Source of the DNA: Chrysomallon squamiferum
Taxonomy: Eukaryota > Animalia > Mollusca
Direction of reading: 5' to 3'
DNA: 64,000 nt
NCBI GenBank assembly: GCA_012295275.1
Contig: CM022665.1
Coordinates: 7,750,001 to 7,814,000 of the forward strand
The position numbers and the translations under genes were made by a program. The first letter of the stretch is position 1, and each line of letters starts with the position of its first letter. This document shows positions 59,701 through 64,000 of this stretch, one piece after another. The notes beneath the pieces were generated by a model, which saw only the letters and a list, made by a program, of their open reading frames with translations, had not been told where the DNA came from and ran no database searches.

Positions 59701-62009
59701 TTAGGCAAACTGCAGCTTAGTTTTTCCATAGACAGCAAATCATTTTGAGACAGAGAGTCTGTGTAACCAATATTAGTCTGACTCTCCTGATGCTGGTGAT
59801 TGATGTGGGGAGTATTAGTAGATCGTATTTTTCGCTGAGGGGTTACTTGTGTTCCAGCTTCCCCTTGTTTAATGGATGTTGTAGAAGTAGCTCTCTCGGA
59901 TGTTTCCAAACACATCGGACATGTTGCTCTATCACAAGTTGACACTTTTTCTGTCCATGTAATCTTGTTTTCAGATTTAATTGGCATCACCTGTGTGTAA
60001 CAGTCCACTGAATTGGTCTTCTGGGTGGAGGTAGCTTTATGGCTTTGGCCGCTGTAATCTGTTGCGATTGCTATATCTTTCGACATGATCCGTTGTGTTT
60101 GAGTGTCGGTCGTTTTAGCCTGAGGAAATGCCGTAGTAGCGACATCTTTCACGCGTCTCAGTTCAGTTGACGTGTCTTTTTCTGTCATTTCTGGAACAAT
60201 TCTAACATTGAATAAAGTATTTACTTCAGCATCTTTCATTTCAACTTGAACGATGCCATTGCTATTTGAATTTTCGGATAAACCTTTCTCATTTAATAAA
60301 TCTTTAACAAAGTTTGAGTCATTTTCTTTAGATCCCATGGCTGAAATATCAGTCTGTATTTTTCTGCTGTGCACCCAAGTCTTAGCTTTCTGTGATCGAT
60401 TTGGTTCAGAATTATTATTTGCAGTTTCCGAGTTGTTTGGAATCATTTCAGTTACAGTAGAAGACGTACCACTCTCTTTACCGTTTGAAAGAGATTCCGT
60501 GTTAGTGATTTTGGTGGACATTCTCGCCTGAACTTGGAGGCCCTTACTAACAGACGATCTGATGGGCTTAGCTACAGGTGTGTTTACCATGACATCCACG
60601 GAAGGAAGAATTAACCTAGCTGTATTCGTTTCCTGGTCAAACATGTTTATTCTTTCTGTCTGGCATTTAAGCGATCTCAAATCAAGTCTGTCTGTCATGG
60701 TTCCCTTAGCTCTTGTGTCGTGAATGTAAACAGAAATACCTTTGTCACGAAAAACGCGCTGTTCGGTGGATGTGTCACGTGATACAAGATTCACCGTTGG
60801 AGTTTGAATGGAGCCGTCTACAAGTTTGACAGTCATGTCAGAAGACATTGTTGTGACACCATCAGACAATTCTTTTTGCTGGATGTGTTCTGTTTGTGTC
60901 TGTTGAAATTTAGTTCCATTATCTGAAATTTCATTTAACCCAGTATGGTCTTTACCTTCTGAGATAGAAATGTGTCCGAGTTTCACATCGCCTGGAACAA
61001 ATCGAATATGACTAGGAATATCTTTAGGTAAATCCGGCAGTTCGGGTTCAAGCAATGTAGCCATCTTGGCCTGAATTTCTTGCTTCAATAGTAACATTTC
61101 AACGCCATTATCTTTCATTATGATTTGAGTTAGATTACATGTGTTATTTAAATTATCCCAATTTTCTTGCAACCAGTTGCGGTTCTTTAAGAATTCCATT
61201 GTGTTATCGCCAACTAAATCATCGACCTTTTTAAGTAATGCTTTTTCTGTTTGTCTGACTTTAGCTATGTAACTGATTGCCAAATCTCGAATATTTTCTC
61301 TCGTTTCTTTAATTACCTTTTGGTACTTGTCAATCATCTTAATTCTTGAATCGACATCAGCCATTCTGCCCTGTCCTTGTTTTAATAACAAATCTAATCC
61401 ACTTTTGTATTTGTCAAATCCGTCACTAAATGAACACACTTCGTGGTTTCGATGATCCTGAAAAGCACAAACGACACATATGCATGCTTCGCATGGCTCA
61501 CAGTAGAATCGTACAATTTCCTCTGGATGTGACTTGCATTCTATATTTTTCTCGCCTTGAATATCAATCAAGCTATGTTTTTGTGTTACTTTGGTGCTGC
61601 CATGAAGCTCGACACAAGCCTTACATAACAGCTTACTGCAATCCAAACACTTTGAACACGCGTCGTTGCTTTTCGTACGGACTGTCTGACAGATCTCGCA
61701 GGGCGGGACTTTAGCCCTCTGCCGTCTGTTGACAACCTCAGTTAAACTGCAAACAAGAAAATTATCCGGCAGCCTTCGTATTCCTCCTGTGGGAATCTCA
61801 GTCTTCTGTCTACACAGAGGACATGTCAAGTAACGACTGTAAAATCTCGACGGACGGTCGTTGCTCGCGTCAGCCTGTTTCTGCAAACAGTAAAGACAAA
61901 AGCTGTGCAAACAGGAAAGAGTTTTCGGCTCTTTGAAGGGCTCGGAACAAATTTTACAGATCAAAAACTGATCACTGATCTCTTTCATAAACTTCGTCCC
62001 AGACGCCAT
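56784..62009 (-). CDS. Intronless TRIM/RBCC E3 ubiquitin ligase (TRIM56/TRIM45-like N-terminus) with a long Thr/Ser-rich tail, 1741 aa
   Basis: C3HC4 RING (CKIC...CLHSFCLYC...CPLC), LPDNFLV linker, B-box1 (CEIC...CLDC..LCKAC..H..H), B-box2 (CKSH...YCEPC..ICVVC..DHRNH) and a coiled coil. Uninterrupted 5.2-kb ORF; no NHL, filamin or SPRY domain recognisable. Confidence 0.95.
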   Translation of the reverse strand: MASGTKFMKEISDQFLICKICSEPFKEPKTLSCLHSFCLYCLQKQADASNDRPSRFYSRYLTCPLCRQKTEIPTGGIRRLPDNFLVCSLTEVVNRRQRAKVPPCEICQTVRTKSNDACSKCLDCSKLLCKACVELHGSTKVTQKHSLIDIQGEKNIECKSHPEEIVRFYCEPCEACICVVCAFQDHRNHEVCSFSDGFDKYKSGLDLLLKQGQGRMADVDSRIKMIDKYQKVIKETRENIRDLAISYIAKVRQTEKALLKKVDDLVGDNTMEFLKNRNWLQENWDNLNNTCNLTQIIMKDNGVEMLLLKQEIQAKMATLLEPELPDLPKDIPSHIRFVPGDVKLGHISISEGKDHTGLNEISDNGTKFQQTQTEHIQQKELSDGVTTMSSDMTVKLVDGSIQTPTVNLVSRDTSTEQRVFRDKGISVYIHDTRAKGTMTDRLDLRSLKCQTERINMFDQETNTARLILPSVDVMVNTPVAKPIRSSVSKGLQVQARMSTKITNTESLSNGKESGTSSTVTEMIPNNSETANNNSEPNRSQKAKTWVHSRKIQTDISAMGSKENDSNFVKDLLNEKGLSENSNSNGIVQVEMKDAEVNTLFNVRIVPEMTEKDTSTELRRVKDVATTAFPQAKTTDTQTQRIMSKDIAIATDYSGQSHKATSTQKTNSVDCYTQVMPIKSENKITWTEKVSTCDRATCPMCLETSERATSTTSIKQGEAGTQVTPQRKIRSTNTPHINHQHQESQTNIGYTDSLSQNDLLSMEKLSCSLPNLASELLKDEMKVNTESKCVGTNAYEWDGVLNTSFISSVSESVDTISVLTCEKETSTPIVHCIDQWTLTTKPQLVNTGVSPPRPATIESETSTNPIVTVDSSTHTEVITQRESATETYISLTDNETLTERISVVDAQSGVDIIMESTETSMDIQHFQDQGCMTCDTEYLTKPELESVGIQANMMLYENEDITGSIQYTEVGIQTSFSAVDCATCEHQFEFGEEKQKSANCCMGRTVPHKHDVGTMAMSVSLCLSEVMDHGTQTLHVRLLDKSIGTSLDFDELEPALSLEHRDAATSTESLPYIGLLSELDVDDLIVVPEAHFDLLSIYSTDDEDVEMVDDETSTDICQYVEAGTQTLLTVQSPEPSPTLPTDFENSKHLVSIGVNTVSKMTFEKETCTPIRHLFSKGTMTFYISKMDKSTSTFSYTRQIADSKFGGSLNKGPTIPKIIVEDKHTMTSMAEYKDIAIETDSTLLDGKITKCISKLRNVSEKLNSPTISRQSSDDFFFGRSFTSRSSDSSDQSSSTLHDSMSSSREEKSKQGSAIDKPESERQKQIQQLLAQTNAILNPRENTLSNRTHIQESPQMTEEQYLKNKEKQMKGGFETETNIKTKDDSVRMQNHGQNINEKISNDSQTNEYKVSNGKEKSGWQGGTIKPERSPVRKAQPITTLKGRGSDKSKNNVSFETHSLPRQYSGDTPLSVKMGSQLVPPSRLPLLRYNSAPGRIATVPTQKLQDMQKSRYSPVRTSPQRGASPSKIPIKAPMSETPTSVDVVYSPKAASKSPQPRPSLPSISETRTLSSCSDTSTSSFVSADSGDSATPSLTVSTITTSSDQADANVHITATSSRSSADNSSIGSAEYTEDGNKISDSRQTKKTKNFMQRLLSKKKKEPEQESKPEPKSATPGAKYRIKQTPPEPPKQPAAPKKPRPFVYVRQRIFSIQHDNEEEMNEKRKKSKQKKILEQEKKKEKKDNQSD

Positions 62010-63449
62010 GCTTGTCGAGATGCTGTTTACTCGAAAAAAATTCCTCCGATGTCTTTGTTGGCGCTGAGCTTACAAGAATTTACCTCCCCAATCTGCTAGT
62101 CGGCAGACGTCGTCGATGTGACTACGCCAGCTGACCAGGTCGCCTCGGTACAGTCCACTTTAACTACATTCCACTGCATGTTTGAAAGTTCAAAACGTTA
62201 ACCAATAGTATACGATCACTTATAAAAGTAGATACAATTTTCAGTAAGAAAATTAGTCCGGTAATATGGAACTGTTCGTTATACTTGTATAACCCGTAAC
62301 ATTATTAGAAATATTTTAAATCTCAAACGCAGATATTCGATACATTTGATGGAAAACAGTAAATTACCTGATTTTTGCAATCGATAGCTTGATAAAAATA
62401 TATATATTTATATATATATTTATTTATATATATTAAAAATACTGTAGTGACAACTTTCGTAACATCCACATCTAGAACTGCTATTTCTGTCAAAGTTAGT
62501 CCAAGTATGTTTTCCAGCTGTACGATAGTCAACAATATATTATAAAACCATCTTCTTCTTTTTCTTTTCTTTTTTTCCTCTCTTGATGCAACAGTTTATA
62601 GATTCCTAGTTATATTTGCTATTTTTCTGAAAACTTATCTTGCTGGTTTCAGAGTGAATTGTTTCTCAAAGAACAGGAATCCCGGAATATTGAAGTTCTG
62701 TAATTGAACCGTGGTGTACATGATGCTAACTATCTTCCGTGTTAATCAGTAAAAAAACTGCCATCCACTGCTCATAGCCACCTGCACCATATACAGACAC
62801 ACTTGGAACCAGTAGCAGGAGTGTATCTACTGAAACTCATCGCTTCGTCCCACAGTTATATATGTTTTCCTTACAGCTTCCGCGACGCGGCGTCAAAATT
62901 ACACTTGTAAGCTTTTGATCGTTCAACACTGGTTATATTTGGAAAATTACAGTTTCAGAGAACAAGATTACGAGTTAGTCAAATATCTTATTCTAATAAC
63001 CACTGTGTCATGGTATTACTAGCTCCCCAAACAACTTATTTAATTTAAAGATTCATAATTTTTTTACTCTTTTTTCAGGAAATATATCTATGCAATTATA
63101 TTTATTATTTAAAAACAATAAATATAATCCTCCTTTTTCTTCTTCTTTTTCATATTATTATTGCTATTTTCATTTATGATGTTGTTGTTGTTGTTGTCGA
63201 TGTTGTCATTCATTTTCTGTAGTGGGCAGGGGTTTTCTTTTTGCTATACTAGCTATATAAGAATAACACCTCTTTTTTTTTTTTTTTTTTTAACTGAGAC
63301 GAAATAAAATAATAATATTTTACATTCTTAGGAAACATTTTTTACTTTTAAAAATAATAAATAAAATAAAATAATCTTTTTAAAACTGTTACTCCTCAAC
63401 TGCATGTACAGCTCGGGCAAAACATATCATATACACATACACCACCAGC

Positions 63450-63476
63450 GGAATCCCCCAAAGTTCAGTGACGTCA
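63450..63476 (-). promoter_or_regulatory. Adjacent NF-kB consensus and CRE sites upstream of the TRIM ORF
   Basis: GGGGGATTCC (minus strand, 63450-63459) fits GGGRNNYYCC; palindromic TGACGTCA at 63469-63476. Confidence 0.3.
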
Positions 63477-64000
63477 GGCAAACAAGCAATTCTCAATGAC
63501 TGTTTGTGGAGTAAGTCGAAATCTAATCTATTTACCGTTTGTAGAATTCACACAAACTAACTCACCTAAAAAATGAAGGAAGAAAAAAAAAAAGTATAAC
63601 AGATAAACGATCCAATACCATATTCCAAGAACAGGAAACCGTGAATTATAATATGTCATTTCTACCAAAGTCTTGAGATTATAGAGACGAAGTTAAAGAG
63701 TATGGGCGCCGGTAGATTTTGATAATAATTATTCTGAATAACTAGTTACGATAAGGAAAATATATACAGTGTAATAATAGAATGATGAGCTGGTTATCAC
63801 TATTAAGAGCCAAAGATTAAACGTTCAGTCATTCAGTCAAAAACACAAAGACTTCTCAGTATTTGATATAAAGATTTTTTGTTGTTGTTGTTGTTTGTTT
63901 TTTGGTGTTGTTGTTGTTGTTATTGGAGTTTTTTGGGGGGCGGTGACGGGGTATTATTTTATTTTATTTTTATTTTTATTTTTTTCAACAAATATGTCTT

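Noticed and set aside
56797-62099. Several plus-strand ORFs antisense to the TRIM CDS
   Set aside because: They are short shadows of the long coding frame with no recognisable motifs.

Overview
AT-rich, microsatellite-dense eukaryotic DNA with GT-AG introns. The domain content suggests an invertebrate, probably a mollusc (inference). I reconstructed five genes by hand, all on the minus strand. (1) A 3-exon secreted PAN/apple-EGF-fibrinogen-C protein (8229-10919). (2) A ~21-exon type-I membrane VWDE-like gene (13560-30331) with an RGM-N-like six-cysteine N-terminal module; it carries apparent frameshift and splice lesions. (3, 4) Two tandem 7-exon paralogues encoding secreted PAN-truncated EGF-sushi-sushi-galectin-like proteins (32820-38452 intact; 39524-45266 with a 1-nt frameshift). 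(5) An intronless 1741-aa TRIM/RBCC gene (56784-62009) whose tail is a long ~12-aa-periodic array of TQT-like (LC8/DYNLL-type) motifs followed by SxIP motifs. Mobile DNA includes a non-autonomous Harbinger-type element with a CTG target duplication, two decayed Tc1 elements, a FLYWCH/MULE remnant, an R4/Dong-like retrotransposon ending in (AAT)n, and a TA-flanked MITE. The best candidates for undescribed biology are the multivalent TQT-array TRIM ligase, the cluster of PAN-headed lectins with different tails, and the RGM-N/VWDE chimera. All domain calls come from motif recognition by eye; no searches were run.
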